A stretch of DNA of 64,000 nt from an uncultured Bacillota bacterium (GTDB lineage: Bacteria > Sysuimicrobiota > Sysuimicrobiia > Sysuimicrobiales > Segetimicrobiaceae): contig CAWDRG010000004.1 in assembly GCA_963804645.1 (NCBI GenBank), positions 1-64,000 on the forward strand, in the 5' to 3' direction. Below are positions 47,953 to 58,166 of this stretch, in pieces (the stretch's first letter is position 1; each line of letters starts with the position of its first letter). The position numbers and the translations under genes were made by a program. Below the pieces are notes generated by a model. It made no database searches. It was not told the origin of the DNA and worked only from the letters and a program-made list of their open reading frames with translations.

Positions 47953-48428
47953 CGCGCGAGCCCCTCCGCCGTTGGCCAGAACAGCGCGAGGGCAACCGCG
48001 CAGCCCGCCCGCTCGACGGTGTGCTCCGCGACCGCGACGACCACCTCGTCGAGCGGCAGCCCCCGCATGCGGAAGCCCTCCACCACCATCTCGCGGACCA
48101 CGCGTTCCGCTTCGTCCCGCGACGTGTGGCCCGTATGCTCCATGATCACGCCGTGGTGCTCGCGCGCCACGCCCACGCCGATCGCGGCGCAGATCCGGTC
48201 ACCCGCGCGCGCGCTGGCGACGCGGGCATACACGGCGGGCATCAAGATCCCCGGCGGATACGCCGGGAGCTCGATGATGCGCGCGCCCGGCGGCAGGATG
48301 CTCGTCACCCGCAGAAAGTTGAGATCGGCCGCCCCGGCGTCCTGGAGGGCGCGGTCGAACGCGTTGAGCTCCGTGCCTCCCTCGCCGTGCCCTGCGACTA
48401 CGGAAATCGCCTTCGGAAGTTGCCACAT
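47949..48428 (-). CDS. pdaD: Pyruvoyl-dependent arginine decarboxylase
   Basis: LNAFDRALQDAG..NFLRVT^SILPP, GVIME; first gene of the operon with speE and speB. Confidence 0.88.
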   Translation of the reverse strand: MWQLPKAISVVAGHGEGGTELNAFDRALQDAGAADLNFLRVTSILPPGARIIELPAYPPGILMPAVYARVASARAGDRICAAIGVGVAREHHGVIMEHTGHTSRDEAERVVREMVVEGFRMRGLPLDEVVVAVAEHTVERAGCAVALALFWPTAEGLAR

Positions 48429-48613
48429 AGGGCTAACTATTCCACTCGGTGCGGCCCGCTCTCCTTCGACGCCGTGCGCGGTCACGCGGTAAAGAGGAAA
48501 TTGCGCGTTGCCGCGCAACGATACCGGGAAGACTACGAGTGGGACGATCACCACGATTCGATGCTCAGCGCGTCGGGGCGCGGCCGTCCGATTCGATCCG
48601 AAGGAGGACCGCC

Positions 48614-50272
48614 GTGCGCGCGTGGATCGCGGCCCTTGTGATGGTCCTCGTCGCGGCCCCGTTCGCGTGGCGCGCCGAGCCCGGCTGGTCGGCGCCGGCC
48701 GCGGCCGACATCCCGGGGGCGGCGGGCGCGTTTGGGGTGGATCTGCCCCAGGCCGGGGCGGTCCCGGACGGGGTGACCTGGGCGCGCGCGACGGCCGATT
48801 GGGCCCAGATCGAGCCGGCGCGGGGCACGTTCGTCTGGACGGATCTCGACGCGCAGGTGCGCGCGGCCGCCGCGGCACATCTTCACGTGGTGGTGCTGCT
48901 CGAGCACACGCCGCAGTGGGCCGCGCTTGAGCCGACGGCGCCGCAGCCGGTCTGGGAGCATCAGCCTCCGAAGGACATCGCCGACTGGGCGGTGTTCGTG
49001 CACGTCGCCGCGCGCCGGTACCTCGGCCGCGTGTCCGCCTGGCAGGTCGAACGGTCGCTCGACCTCGTCGACTTTCGCGGTACGACCGCGGATTACCGGG
49101 AGATGCTGCACGTCGTGCGGCAGGAAACACAGCACTCCGATTCGCACGCCCTCGTCGTGGCCGCGTCGCCGGGCGGGGTCGATCTGCCGTACACCAAGGT
49201 GATGCTGGCCGCGGCCGGCGGCGACTTCGACGCGTTGATGCTGTACCCGCGCGGCCGCACGCCGGCGGAACTGACGCCGACGGTACTGCTGGAAGCGCTC
49301 GGTGCGATTCGGACGCGATTGGCGACCGACGGACGGCACCAGTTGTGGCTGGACGGCACGGCCTCCGTGGATCCGGTGCAGATCGCCGCGTCCGCGCTCG
49401 CGGGCGGGGTCGTGCGCGAGTTCTGGCCCCACTTCGACCCGGGCTTGGCCACCGCCGCGCGGCTGCTCGATGGCGCTCGGTTCGTCGGCGCGGTCGACCG
49501 CGGCCCCGACATCGCGGTGTTCGTGTTCGAGAAGGCCGCGGACCCGTTCGTGGTCGGGTGGGCCGCGTCGGGCACGCACGAGATTCCCATCGCCACGTCC
49601 GGCGCCGCCGCGATCGTGGGGCCGACGGGCCAGCCGGTCGCGCCGTCGGGTGCCGCGGGCGTGGTCGCCGTCGCGCCCGCGCCCGTGTTCGTCACGAACC
49701 CCGATCCGGCGCTCGTCCACGACGCCGCCGGCGCCGCCGCGCAGGGGCCGCCGCTGATCCCCGTCGCCCCGGACCGCGATTTCTCGAAGGTCCCGGACGT
49801 GTCCGCGCAGCTCGCCGCGGTGAACGTCGAGCACGGGCTGTACAACCAGAAGTTCCGGACGCTGCCGTCCGGCGCGGTGTTCCCGGTGACCGTCGAGGGG
49901 ACGGACGCGGTCCGCACCAATCCGACCACGGACGCGGTGTATCTGTACTTCGACGTGGCCGACACCTACGCGTACTTCGACGACGGGCGGTACGATCTCT
50001 TGATCGCGATCCAGGTGCACCGCGCCAGCACGGCGCAGCTCGTGGGATTCAACCTGCTGTACGATTCGATGAGCGGCTACCGGTTCACGCCGTGGCAGTG
50101 GGTGGACGCGGGCGACGGCTGGGCGACCTACACCGTGCGCCTCACCGACGCCGCGTTCGCGCACACGTGGGGCTGGGACTTCGCCGTCAACGCCGGCGGC
50201 GACCGCAAAGAGCCGCTCGTCGTCCGGTCGGTCACCGTCACCCGCATCGCCCCGGGCGCGCGGACTCCGTAA
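48614..50272 (+). CDS. Secreted glycoside-hydrolase-like (clan A TIM-barrel-like) protein with a C-terminal beta domain
   Basis: AAGGAGG RBS, signal peptide, W..IEP.RG.F.W..LD, TPQWA, PP.D..DW; canonical NEP replaced by ERS. Confidence 0.6.
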   Translation: MRAWIAALVMVLVAAPFAWRAEPGWSAPAAADIPGAAGAFGVDLPQAGAVPDGVTWARATADWAQIEPARGTFVWTDLDAQVRAAAAAHLHVVVLLEHTPQWAALEPTAPQPVWEHQPPKDIADWAVFVHVAARRYLGRVSAWQVERSLDLVDFRGTTADYREMLHVVRQETQHSDSHALVVAASPGGVDLPYTKVMLAAAGGDFDALMLYPRGRTPAELTPTVLLEALGAIRTRLATDGRHQLWLDGTASVDPVQIAASALAGGVVREFWPHFDPGLATAARLLDGARFVGAVDRGPDIAVFVFEKAADPFVVGWAASGTHEIPIATSGAAAIVGPTGQPVAPSGAAGVVAVAPAPVFVTNPDPALVHDAAGAAAQGPPLIPVAPDRDFSKVPDVSAQLAAVNVEHGLYNQKFRTLPSGAVFPVTVEGTDAVRTNPTTDAVYLYFDVADTYAYFDDGRYDLLIAIQVHRASTAQLVGFNLLYDSMSGYRFTPWQWVDAGDGWATYTVRLTDAAFAHTWGWDFAVNAGGDRKEPLVVRSVTVTRIAPGARTP

Positions 50273-50387
50273 CCGCACGTGTCCACGGTGTCCACGGCGG
50301 CGCGGTTGCCCGGTGCGCGGCCGGTCGTGTATAATGGCCACACTGTTGCAATCGTTCGGGGGGCAGTTTGCGCTGGAGGTGGGCCGG

Positions 50388-50558
50388 TTGACCGAGATTC
50401 GAGTTGGCAAGGACGAGACGCTCGACAGTGCCCTCCGCCGGTTCAAGCGTCAGGTCAAGCGGTCCGGCATCCTCACCGACGCGAAGCGCCACGAGCACTA
50501 CGAGAAGCCGAGCCAGAAACGGCGCCGTCGCGCCGCCCGCCGCAACAAGCGCCACTAG
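50388..50558 (+). CDS. rpsU: 30S ribosomal protein S21
   Basis: [33 protein letters not shown]18-TATAAT promoter at 50306-50335. Confidence 0.93.
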   Translation: MTEIRVGKDETLDSALRRFKRQVKRSGILTDAKRHEHYEKPSQKRRRRAARRNKRH

Positions 50559-50693
50559 CGACCCGGCCGGCGTGTTGCCGCGGCAGCGCGCCCGGGTGGA
50601 CTGCCGGCCGCCCGCACCCAGTGGGGGCGGGGGTGACCCCCGGCCGTGTGCTCCCGTGGGTCGACACCACCGCGTACACGCAGGAGGATGCGG

Positions 50694-51200
50694 GTGCCCC
50701 AGCCTCGGCGCAAGATGAAGCAGGCGCACAGCGCCGGCGGGGTGGTGTTCCAACAGGACCCCGCCCGCGGTGAGGTCCGCCTGCTCCTGCTGCAGCATGA
50801 GACCGGCAAGTGGATGCTCCCCAAGGGCACGATCGAAGCGGGCGAGACCTCCGAGGCCGTGGCGCGGCGCGAGGTCGCCGAGGAGACCGGCATCCGGAAC
50901 GTTCGGATCGTGTCTGACCTCGGCGAGGAGCGCTACGTGTTCTTCTGGAAGGCCGAGGACACGTATTACGACAAGACCGTCCACTACTACCTGATGGAGT
51001 TTCTCGGCGGCGAGGACGCCTCACCCCAGCGCGAGGAAGGGTTTATCCGGTGCGAGTGGGCGACGTTCGCCGACGCCCTCGAGCGCATCAAGTACAAGGA
51101 GACCCGGCAGGTGGTCCGGCGCGCGCAGGCGGCGCTGGCACGCATCGTGCCGTCACTGGTGGTGCCCACGGAGGTGCAGGATGGTCCCGGAGCGGCCTGA
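50694..51200 (+). CDS. NUDIX hydrolase (Ap4A hydrolase-like)
   Basis: SAGGVV, W.LPKG, GETSEAVARREVAEETG. Confidence 0.9.
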   Translation: MPQPRRKMKQAHSAGGVVFQQDPARGEVRLLLLQHETGKWMLPKGTIEAGETSEAVARREVAEETGIRNVRIVSDLGEERYVFFWKAEDTYYDKTVHYYLMEFLGGEDASPQREEGFIRCEWATFADALERIKYKETRQVVRRAQAALARIVPSLVVPTEVQDGPGAA

Positions 51201-52533
51201 GGGCGCGGCCACGCATGCGGCCGGAGGGGCCGCCTCACCCGCGTCGTTTCCTTCGGACGCGGAGCGGGACCGGCTGGTGCAGGAGACCCTCGACCGCTAC
51301 CGGCGCTACCTGAACCCGGGGCTCGCGCGCCTCTTCAAGTTCGGCGGCTCGGAGACGGTCGAGTGGGCGGCGTCCGGGTGCCTCGTCTGGGACGTCCACG
51401 GGCGCGAATACGTAGACTGCGCGTGCGGGCCCGCGATCTTCAACGTCGGCCACCGCCATCCGCGCGTGCTCGCGGCCGTGCGCGATCAGCTCGACCGGAT
51501 TCCGATGTCCGTGCGGACGATGCCGAGCGCCCCGCAGGCCGAACTCGCCGAGCGGCTCGCGGCGGTGACGCCGGGCGATCTCCGCTTCAGCTTCTTCTGC
51601 AACAGCGGTGCGGAGGCGGTCGAAGGGGCGCTCAAGCTGGCCCGCCTCGCGACCGGCCGCCCGGGCTTCGTCGCGATGCGCGACGGGTTTCACGGCAAGA
51701 CGTTCGGCGCGCTGTCCGCGACCGGCCGCGAGTTCTACCGTGCCCCGTTCGAGCCGCTCGTGCCCGGCTTCGTGCACGTGCCGTTTGGCGACGCCGCGGC
51801 GATCGAGCAGGCGGTCGGGCCCGAGACGGCCGCGGTGATCCTCGAGCCGATCCAGGGCGAAGCCGGCGTGATCGTGCCCCCGGCCGGCTACCTCCGCGAG
51901 GTCCGGGCGATCTGCGACCGCCGCGGGGTGCTCATGATCGCCGACGAAATTCAGACCGGCCTCGGGCGCACGGGGCGCATGTTCGCCGTGGACCACGAGG
52001 CGGTCACCCCCGACATCATGACGCTCGCGAAGGCGCTCGGCGGCGGGGTGATGCCGATCGGCGCGTTCGTCGCCCGGCCGGCGCTCTGGGACGAGTTTCA
52101 GCGGCAGCCGTACATCCACTCGACCACGTTCGGGGGGAATCCGCTCGCGTGCCGCGCGGCGATCGCGACGCTCGCGGTGCTCGAGGACGAACGGCTGGCG
52201 GACCGCGCGGCGGCGATGGGCGCGCGGTTCCTCGAGGGGCTCGAGGAGCTGCGGCGCCGGCACCCCACGGTGGTGCGCGACGTGCGCGGGCGGGGGCTCA
52301 TGCTCGGCATCGAGTTCACCCACAGCGACTACGCGCTGATGACGGCCGCCGAGGCCGGGCACCGCGGCGTGATTACCTTCTATACGCTCAACAACCCCGG
52401 CGTGATCCGCGTCGAGCCGCCGCTCACGATCACGCCGGAGCTGATCGACCGGGCCGTCGAGGGACTCGACGGCGCGATCGCGGAGGCCTCCCGCGTGCTG
52501 GCGCCGGTGCGCGCGGCTGTGGACGGCGCGTGA
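51181..52533 (+). CDS. Class III aminotransferase (putrescine/acetylornithine aminotransferase-like)
   Basis: NSGAEAVE, FHGKT, EPIQGE, DEIQTGLGRTG, AKALGGG, TTFGGNP. Confidence 0.9.
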   Translation: MVPERPEGAATHAAGGAASPASFPSDAERDRLVQETLDRYRRYLNPGLARLFKFGGSETVEWAASGCLVWDVHGREYVDCACGPAIFNVGHRHPRVLAAVRDQLDRIPMSVRTMPSAPQAELAERLAAVTPGDLRFSFFCNSGAEAVEGALKLARLATGRPGFVAMRDGFHGKTFGALSATGREFYRAPFEPLVPGFVHVPFGDAAAIEQAVGPETAAVILEPIQGEAGVIVPPAGYLREVRAICDRRGVLMIADEIQTGLGRTGRMFAVDHEAVTPDIMTLAKALGGGVMPIGAFVARPALWDEFQRQPYIHSTTFGGNPLACRAAIATLAVLEDERLADRAAAMGARFLEGLEELRRRHPTVVRDVRGRGLMLGIEFTHSDYALMTAAEAGHRGVITFYTLNNPGVIRVEPPLTITPELIDRAVEGLDGAIAEASRVLAPVRAAVDGA

Positions 52534-55256
52534 GCGGTCGGGCCCTCCCGCCGGGGACCAGCGCGGACGAGGTCCGCGAGACGTTCCTCCGCTACTTCGA
52601 GGCGCAGCAGCACACCCGCGTGCCCAGCGCGTCGCTGGTGCCGGCCGGCGACCCGACGCTGCTGTTCACCAACGCCGGGATGGTGCAGTTCAAAGACGTC
52701 TTTCTCGGCGTCGATCAGCGGCCGTACCGGCGGGCGACGACCGCGCAGAAGTGCATGCGCGTCAGCGGCAAGCACAACGATCTCGAGAACGTCGGCCCCT
52801 CGCCGCGGCACCACACGTTCTTCGAGATGCTCGGCAACTTCAGCTTCGGGGACTACTTCAAGCGTGAGGCCATCCGGTTCGCGTGGGAGCTCGTCACGGG
52901 GCCGTACGGGATCGCGCCGGACCGGCTCGTGTTCACCGTCCTGGCGGACGACGACGAGGCCGCCGACGCGTGGACGGCCCTCGGGGTGCCGGCCGCGCGC
53001 GTGCTGCGGATGGGCGACGCCACGAACTTCTGGATGATGGGCGACGTCGGACCGTGCGGTCCGACGAGCGAGCTGCACTACGACCGGGGGCCGGAGGCGT
53101 GCACGTGCCACCGGCCCGACTGCAGCGTCCGGCTCGACAACGGCTGCGGCCGCTGGCTCGAGATCTGGAACCTGGTCTTCATGCAGTACAACCAGGCGCC
53201 GACGGGGGAGCGGAGCCCGCTGCCGCGGCCGGGCGTCGACACCGGGATGGGGCTCGAGCGCATCGCGTCGGTGCTCCAGGACGTGCCGACCAACTACGAC
53301 ACCGACCTGTTCCTGCCGATCCTCGACGGCCTCCAGCACGAGATCCTCGGGGAGAGCGACGCCGAGCGCGCGGCCCACACGATTGCGTACCGGGTGCTCG
53401 CGGATCACGGACGGGCGATGACGTTCCTCGTCTCCGACGGGGTGCTGCCGGGCAACGAGGGCCGCGGCTACGTGCTCCGCATGGTCATGCGCCGCGCCCT
53501 CCGGTACGCGCGGCAGATGCGCGGCGACGCGGCGGCGCGCGCCCCGCTGACCGCCGCCCCGCTGATGCCGCGCGTGGCCGATCTCGTGATCCGACGGATG
53601 GCCCGCGCGTATCCGGAGCTCGAGCGGCAGCGGGCCCACATTCACGAGGTGCTCGCCGCCGAAGAGGGGCGGTTCGAGCGCACGCTCGACGCCGGGCTCG
53701 AGCGGCTGGACGCGCTGATCGGCGAGACGCGCGCGCGCGGCCTGCGCGCGCTGCCCGGGGCCGAGGTGTTCCGGCTGTACGATACGTACGGGTTCCCGCC
53801 GGATCTGACGCGCGACGTGGCGCGCGAGCACGGCCTTGAGCTCGACGACGCGGGATTCGACGACGAGATGGCGCGGCAGCGCGAGCGGTCGCGGGGGGCC
53901 GTGGCGTTCAGATTCGATGCGCCGGATCGGTCGCTGTACGCGGAGCTCCGGGACGAGGTGGGCGAGACGGTGTTCGTCGGCTACGACGCCCTCGAGGCCG
54001 ACGCGCGGGTCGTAGCGCTGATCGCCGTCGGCCGTCGCGTGGACGCCGTGGAGCAGGGGCAGGACGTCGACGTGGTCGTGGACCGCACGCCGTTCTATGC
54101 TGAGTCGGGCGGGCAGGTGGGCGACACCGGAGAGATGCGCGCGCCGGGTGGGGCGGTCGCGGTGACCGACACGCAGCGTCCCGTGCCCGGGCTGTGGGTC
54201 CACCGCGGCCGCGTGACGGACGGGAGGATGCGCGTCGGCGATACCGTGCATCTCACGGTGGACGCCGCGCGCCGGAGCGACATCAGACGCAACCACACCG
54301 CGACGCACCTGCTGCACCGGGCGCTCCAGGAGGTGCTCGGCGAGCACGCCCGCCAGGCCGGCTCGCTGGTGGCGCCGGACCGGCTCCGCTTCGACTTTGT
54401 GCATCCGGCCGCGGTGGCGCCGTCGGAGCTGGCGCGGATCGAGGATCGCGTCAACGAGCAGATCGTCGCGGCGCATCCGGTCACGACCACCGTGATGCGG
54501 TACGACGACGCGGTCGCGTCTGGCGCGACGGCGCTGTTCGGGGAGAAGTACGGGGACGAGGTGCGCGTCGTCACCGTCGACGACTACAGCCGTGAACTGT
54601 GCGGCGGCACTCACGTGCGCACGACGTCCGAGATTGAGCTGTTCCTGCTGACCGGGGAAGGCTCCGTCGGGTCCGGCATCCGGCGGATCGAGGCGGCGAC
54701 CGGGCGCGGCGCCGTGGAGCGACTGCACGACGCCGAGGTGAAGCTGCGCGAGGCGGCCGCGGAGCTGCGGGTGCCGCCCGACGCGCTGCCGGCGCGGGTG
54801 CAGCAGCTGACCGATCGCCGGCGGGCGGCGGAGCGCGCGGCCGAGCGGGCCCGGGTCGGCGCCGCGGTGCCCGACCTTAATGCGCTGGCCGGCGCGGCTC
54901 GGGATGTGGACGGCATCGCGGTGGTCGGTGCGACGATCGCGGGCGCCACGCAGGGATCGCTGCGCGCGTTCGGAGACCGGCTCAAGTCGAAATTCCCGGC
55001 GGGCGTCATCGTCGCCGCGGGCGGCGCCGACGGGCGTGTGGAGATCGTCGTGATGGCGACGCCGGGCGCCGTGTCGCGGGGCGCGGCGGCGTCGAAGGTA
55101 ATGCAGGCGCTGAACCGCCGGCTCGGCACGCGCGGCGGCGGGCGGCCCGAACTCGCGCAGGGCGGCGGCGGCGATCCGGCCCGGCTGCCGGAAGTGATGG
55201 ACGCGCTGCCCGACATCGTGCGCGAGGTGCTCGCCGCGTCGGAGGTCACGCGGTGA
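52530..55256 (+). CDS. alaS: Alanine--tRNA ligase
   Basis: LLFTNAGMVQFK, HHTFFEMLGNFSFGDYFK, DTGMGLER, HTATHLL, ELCGGTH. Confidence 0.98.
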   Translation: MSGRALPPGTSADEVRETFLRYFEAQQHTRVPSASLVPAGDPTLLFTNAGMVQFKDVFLGVDQRPYRRATTAQKCMRVSGKHNDLENVGPSPRHHTFFEMLGNFSFGDYFKREAIRFAWELVTGPYGIAPDRLVFTVLADDDEAADAWTALGVPAARVLRMGDATNFWMMGDVGPCGPTSELHYDRGPEACTCHRPDCSVRLDNGCGRWLEIWNLVFMQYNQAPTGERSPLPRPGVDTGMGLERIASVLQDVPTNYDTDLFLPILDGLQHEILGESDAERAAHTIAYRVLADHGRAMTFLVSDGVLPGNEGRGYVLRMVMRRALRYARQMRGDAAARAPLTAAPLMPRVADLVIRRMARAYPELERQRAHIHEVLAAEEGRFERTLDAGLERLDALIGETRARGLRALPGAEVFRLYDTYGFPPDLTRDVAREHGLELDDAGFDDEMARQRERSRGAVAFRFDAPDRSLYAELRDEVGETVFVGYDALEADARVVALIAVGRRVDAVEQGQDVDVVVDRTPFYAESGGQVGDTGEMRAPGGAVAVTDTQRPVPGLWVHRGRVTDGRMRVGDTVHLTVDAARRSDIRRNHTATHLLHRALQEVLGEHARQAGSLVAPDRLRFDFVHPAAVAPSELARIEDRVNEQIVAAHPVTTTVMRYDDAVASGATALFGEKYGDEVRVVTVDDYSRELCGGTHVRTTSEIELFLLTGEGSVGSGIRRIEAATGRGAVERLHDAEVKLREAAAELRVPPDALPARVQQLTDRRRAAERAAERARVGAAVPDLNALAGAARDVDGIAVVGATIAGATQGSLRAFGDRLKSKFPAGVIVAAGGADGRVEIVVMATPGAVSRGAAASKVMQALNRRLGTRGGGRPELAQGGGGDPARLPEVMDALPDIVREVLAASEVTR

Positions 55257-55693
55257 CGCCGGTGCTCGGCCTCGACCTCGGCACGAAGCGGATCGGGGTG
55301 GCGCTGAGCGATCCGACCGACACCCTGGCCTCGCCGTTCAGCACGGTGCCCCACCGATCGAGCCGCGCGGATGTGGCGCAGCTCGCGGCCCTCTGCGCCG
55401 AGCAGCGCGTGACGGCCGTGGTGGTCGGCTGGCCGCGCAACATGGATGGGACGAGCGGGCCGGCGGCCAAGCAGGCGGAGGAGTTCGCGGAGCGGCTGCG
55501 GGCGGCGACGGGGCTTCCCGTCCATCTGTGGGACGAGCGGCTGTCCACGGTGGCGGCGGAGCGGGTGCTGATCGAAGCCGGCGCGCGGCGCGAGCGCCGC
55601 CGGGACGTCCGAGACCGGGTCGCCGCCGTGTTTCTGCTGCAGGCGTTTCTCGACGCCCGGGCGAGACGTCTTACAATCGACGCGTCCGGGTAG
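55253..55693 (+). CDS. ruvX: YqgF/RuvX pre-16S rRNA nuclease
   Basis: LGLDLGTKRIGVALSD, DERLST; follows alaS. Confidence 0.93.
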   Translation: MTPVLGLDLGTKRIGVALSDPTDTLASPFSTVPHRSSRADVAQLAALCAEQRVTAVVVGWPRNMDGTSGPAAKQAEEFAERLRAATGLPVHLWDERLSTVAAERVLIEAGARRERRRDVRDRVAAVFLLQAFLDARARRLTIDASG

Positions 55694-55711
55694 ATGAGGT
55701 ACAATAGGGCC

Positions 55712-57076
55712 GTGAACTGGGGGGACGTGATGACAGGGCGTCGCGCGTCGATAGAGCGCGGCCGGCTCCGGAGAGTCATGCCGGGACCGCGGGGTCGCAC
55801 GGCAGCATCGCCGCCAACCGCGCCTGACGTGTGGAGCCTCCGACGTGTGCTGTCGGCGGTGTGCGTCCTCACCGTGTGCGTGCTGGTCGGCGTGGCGCTG
55901 CCGAGTGGTGCGGCGCTGCCCCTCCCGACCGCGCCGATACCGGCGATGCCGGGCGGGTCTGGGCAGTCGGGCGAGGGCGCCCAAGGCATCCTGCCTGGCG
56001 TGTCGATCGGACCGGCCGTCCTCGGCATGCAGGCCAGCGACCTGCGCGCCGCCCTCGGGCCGTCCGTCCCAGGACCGGGGGGCCAGTTGGTGTTCCCGCG
56101 GTGGCGGATCACCGCGACGATGGCCGCCATCGGCGTCACGCAGCTCACTACGACGAATCCCACGCTCCGGACCCCGACTGGCGCGGGCGTGGGAACGGCC
56201 GAGACTCAGGCGGTGCCGCTCGTCGGTGACTTCAATACGGCGATGACCCGGACCCAGATCGGCAACAACATCATCTCAGTGTTGTTCCCGTTCCAGGGGG
56301 TCGGCTTCTTGTTTCAAAACTCCCGCGCGACCGCCGTGTACGTGGTGCAGCGCATCCCGCTGATCCCGTCGGTGACCGCCCCGCGCGGCGGGGAGCCCGG
56401 CGCCAGCACCGGCGAGGCGAGTGCCGCGGCTCCGACCACGACGCCCGCGCCAACCACGGAGCCCTCCGCCAGAGCCGCGCTCGCAGTGCGCGGTCTCGCG
56501 GAAACGATCAATTTGGCGGGAGTCCTGCAGGTCACCGGACAGCTGGCCAACTCGGGCGCCGGGCCGTCCACCCCGGTGACGCTGACCGCGACGTTCACCC
56601 GTCAGAGCGGCGCCTCGATCCAGCAGCAGGTGGGAGTCCCGGGCCCGGTCGCGCCCGGCGGCTCCGCGCCCTTCGGCCTCAGCACGGTCATCGGCAACGA
56701 CTTGATCACCCGCTACACGATCCAGGGAACCGCGGATTCGGGGATCGCGGAGGTCGCGCGCGCGATTCCCTTCACGGAGTACTCCGCGTTCGCGATCCGT
56801 CAGGTCCAGGTGAACGTCGCGTTGGGCGCGCCGGTCGGGACGGGGAACGGGGTGCAGGCGGTTGTCAGCATCACGAGTACCGGCGCGATTCCCGCCGCGT
56901 GGGTGCGGGACGTCACCGTGCAAATCCCGTTTTCGAACGGGGGCTCGACGACCGTCCACGTCATGCCGGGACAGTCGCCGACGGTGATCGTACCGTCCGT
57001 GCCGGGCCCCGGTGTCACCAACGGGCAGCTGTTCGGCACTCCGCAGATCGTGGCGGTCACGTTGGGAACGGGCTAG
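55712..57076 (+). CDS. Exported hypothetical protein (Pro/Thr linker, Ig-like C-terminal domains); start uncertain
   Basis: Hydrophobic segment near the N-terminus; TACAAT 6 nt before in-frame GTG 55712 suggests a leaderless start. Confidence 0.6.
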   Translation: MNWGDVMTGRRASIERGRLRRVMPGPRGRTAASPPTAPDVWSLRRVLSAVCVLTVCVLVGVALPSGAALPLPTAPIPAMPGGSGQSGEGAQGILPGVSIGPAVLGMQASDLRAALGPSVPGPGGQLVFPRWRITATMAAIGVTQLTTTNPTLRTPTGAGVGTAETQAVPLVGDFNTAMTRTQIGNNIISVLFPFQGVGFLFQNSRATAVYVVQRIPLIPSVTAPRGGEPGASTGEASAAAPTTTPAPTTEPSARAALAVRGLAETINLAGVLQVTGQLANSGAGPSTPVTLTATFTRQSGASIQQQVGVPGPVAPGGSAPFGLSTVIGNDLITRYTIQGTADSGIAEVARAIPFTEYSAFAIRQVQVNVALGAPVGTGNGVQAVVSITSTGAIPAAWVRDVTVQIPFSNGGSTTVHVMPGQSPTVIVPSVPGPGVTNGQLFGTPQIVAVTLGTG

Positions 57077-57233
57077 GGCCGGCGCGTGAGGCGGCAGGGG
57101 ATCGTGCGTTCGGCGGCGTAGCCCCGGCGGTGAGGTCGTCCGCAGGCGCACTGAAGCCGGTAGCGGACGGAGAAGCAGGCGACGGTCAAGGGGGGAGCGG
57201 ACCAAGCGTCCCCGCATAGGGAGGAGATAGCGA

Positions 57234-57824
57234 ATGAGAGCCGGTACATGGGTGGCAAGAGTTGCGGGTAGTGCGCTGGCGCTGTGTCTTGCGGTGACGG
57301 GGGCGTGGGGCCAGGCCGTGGCGCCAGAGAGGCTGCCGTATGTGCCCTTTTCCCCGGCCACAGCGTCGTTTGTAATCTTGCCCGGCAGGGCAATCGGCAA
57401 GTGGAACCTGGACGCGAGAATCCCGACCTCGTGGCCCAATTCGAGGCGCAGTACCCTACCATCGGGACCGTGCCGGTGGTGTTCCGACAGGGCAGTGTTT
57501 TCCTTCCATCAGTGGACCGATCCGCCGCTGATCGTGGCTTCGCCGCGGGGCTTCGTGAGCGTGTGGGCACTCGGGACGTACGGCCCGAAGTATAGGACGC
57601 CGGAGAATTTCGGTGAAGGATCGACCGTGGACCAGATCACGGCGGTGTACAAGGACCCGGACTACACAGTCCGCGGTATCACGTACGAGGCACTCATCTA
57701 CAACTCGCTCGGGATCGCGTTTGACACGCCGTGGGATCCGGCGACCAACAACTACGGACTGTCGTGCGGACGACATGGGTGTTCAGGGTCGGGCAAGCGC
57801 AATCGATATTCGAGCGTCCCGTGA
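57234..57824 (+). CDS. Secreted hypothetical protein, probably with compensating frameshifts at about 57425 and 57500
   Basis: GGAGG RBS, signal peptide; the alternative frame gives PDLVAQFEAQYPTIGTVPVVFRQG; the YRTPENFGEGS segment resembles LRTPTGAGVG of the upstream gene. Confidence 0.5.
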   Translation: MRAGTWVARVAGSALALCLAVTGAWGQAVAPERLPYVPFSPATASFVILPGRAIGKWNLDARIPTSWPNSRRSTLPSGPCRWCSDRAVFSFHQWTDPPLIVASPRGFVSVWALGTYGPKYRTPENFGEGSTVDQITAVYKDPDYTVRGITYEALIYNSLGIAFDTPWDPATNNYGLSCGRHGCSGSGKRNRYSSVP

Positions 57825-57907
57825 ACGGCCCGGTGCTGGCGCGCGGCCACGCCTTGACAACAGTCTGGGGGTATGCTTAACTAATCGCAACAGAATAGTT
57901 CCTACGA

Positions 57908-58011
57908 ATCCGTAGGGGCAAACCCGGAGAGATCCGGGGACGCAAAGCCACGGGACAGGCCGGGTACGCCGCAGGGGGGGCGGGACCGGCAAGTCAGCCG
58001 GGTTGTCGGAT
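57908..58011 (+). ncRNA. Cyclic di-GMP-I (GEMM-I) riboswitch
   Basis: GGCAAAC-CCGGA-GAGA-TCCGG-GGACGCAAAGCCACGG...GTCAGCCGGGTTG; P1 ATCCG/CGGAT; TTGACA at 57854 upstream. Confidence 0.88.
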
Positions 58012-58020
58012 CCGTGATCG

Positions 58021-58060
58021 GGTCCCTCCCGTCTCGTGAATGCTCGGAGGGGCTTTTTTT
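58021..58060 (+). terminator. Intrinsic terminator (riboswitch expression platform)
   Basis: GGTCCCTCC...GGAGGGGC followed by a 7-T run. Confidence 0.8.
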
Positions 58061-58166
58061 GTCTCCCCGGAAGTGTGGACGCGGGACGGTCGAAGGCTTG
58101 CGGGTCAAGACAGACATCCGGGCGGATCGCTCGAGACCGAGACGCGCTAGGGGTGCGACACACGCT

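Noticed and set aside
51363..52529. N-terminal extension making AlaS 1297 aa
   Set aside because: Off-frame overlap with the aminotransferase; AlaS motifs begin after GTG 52530
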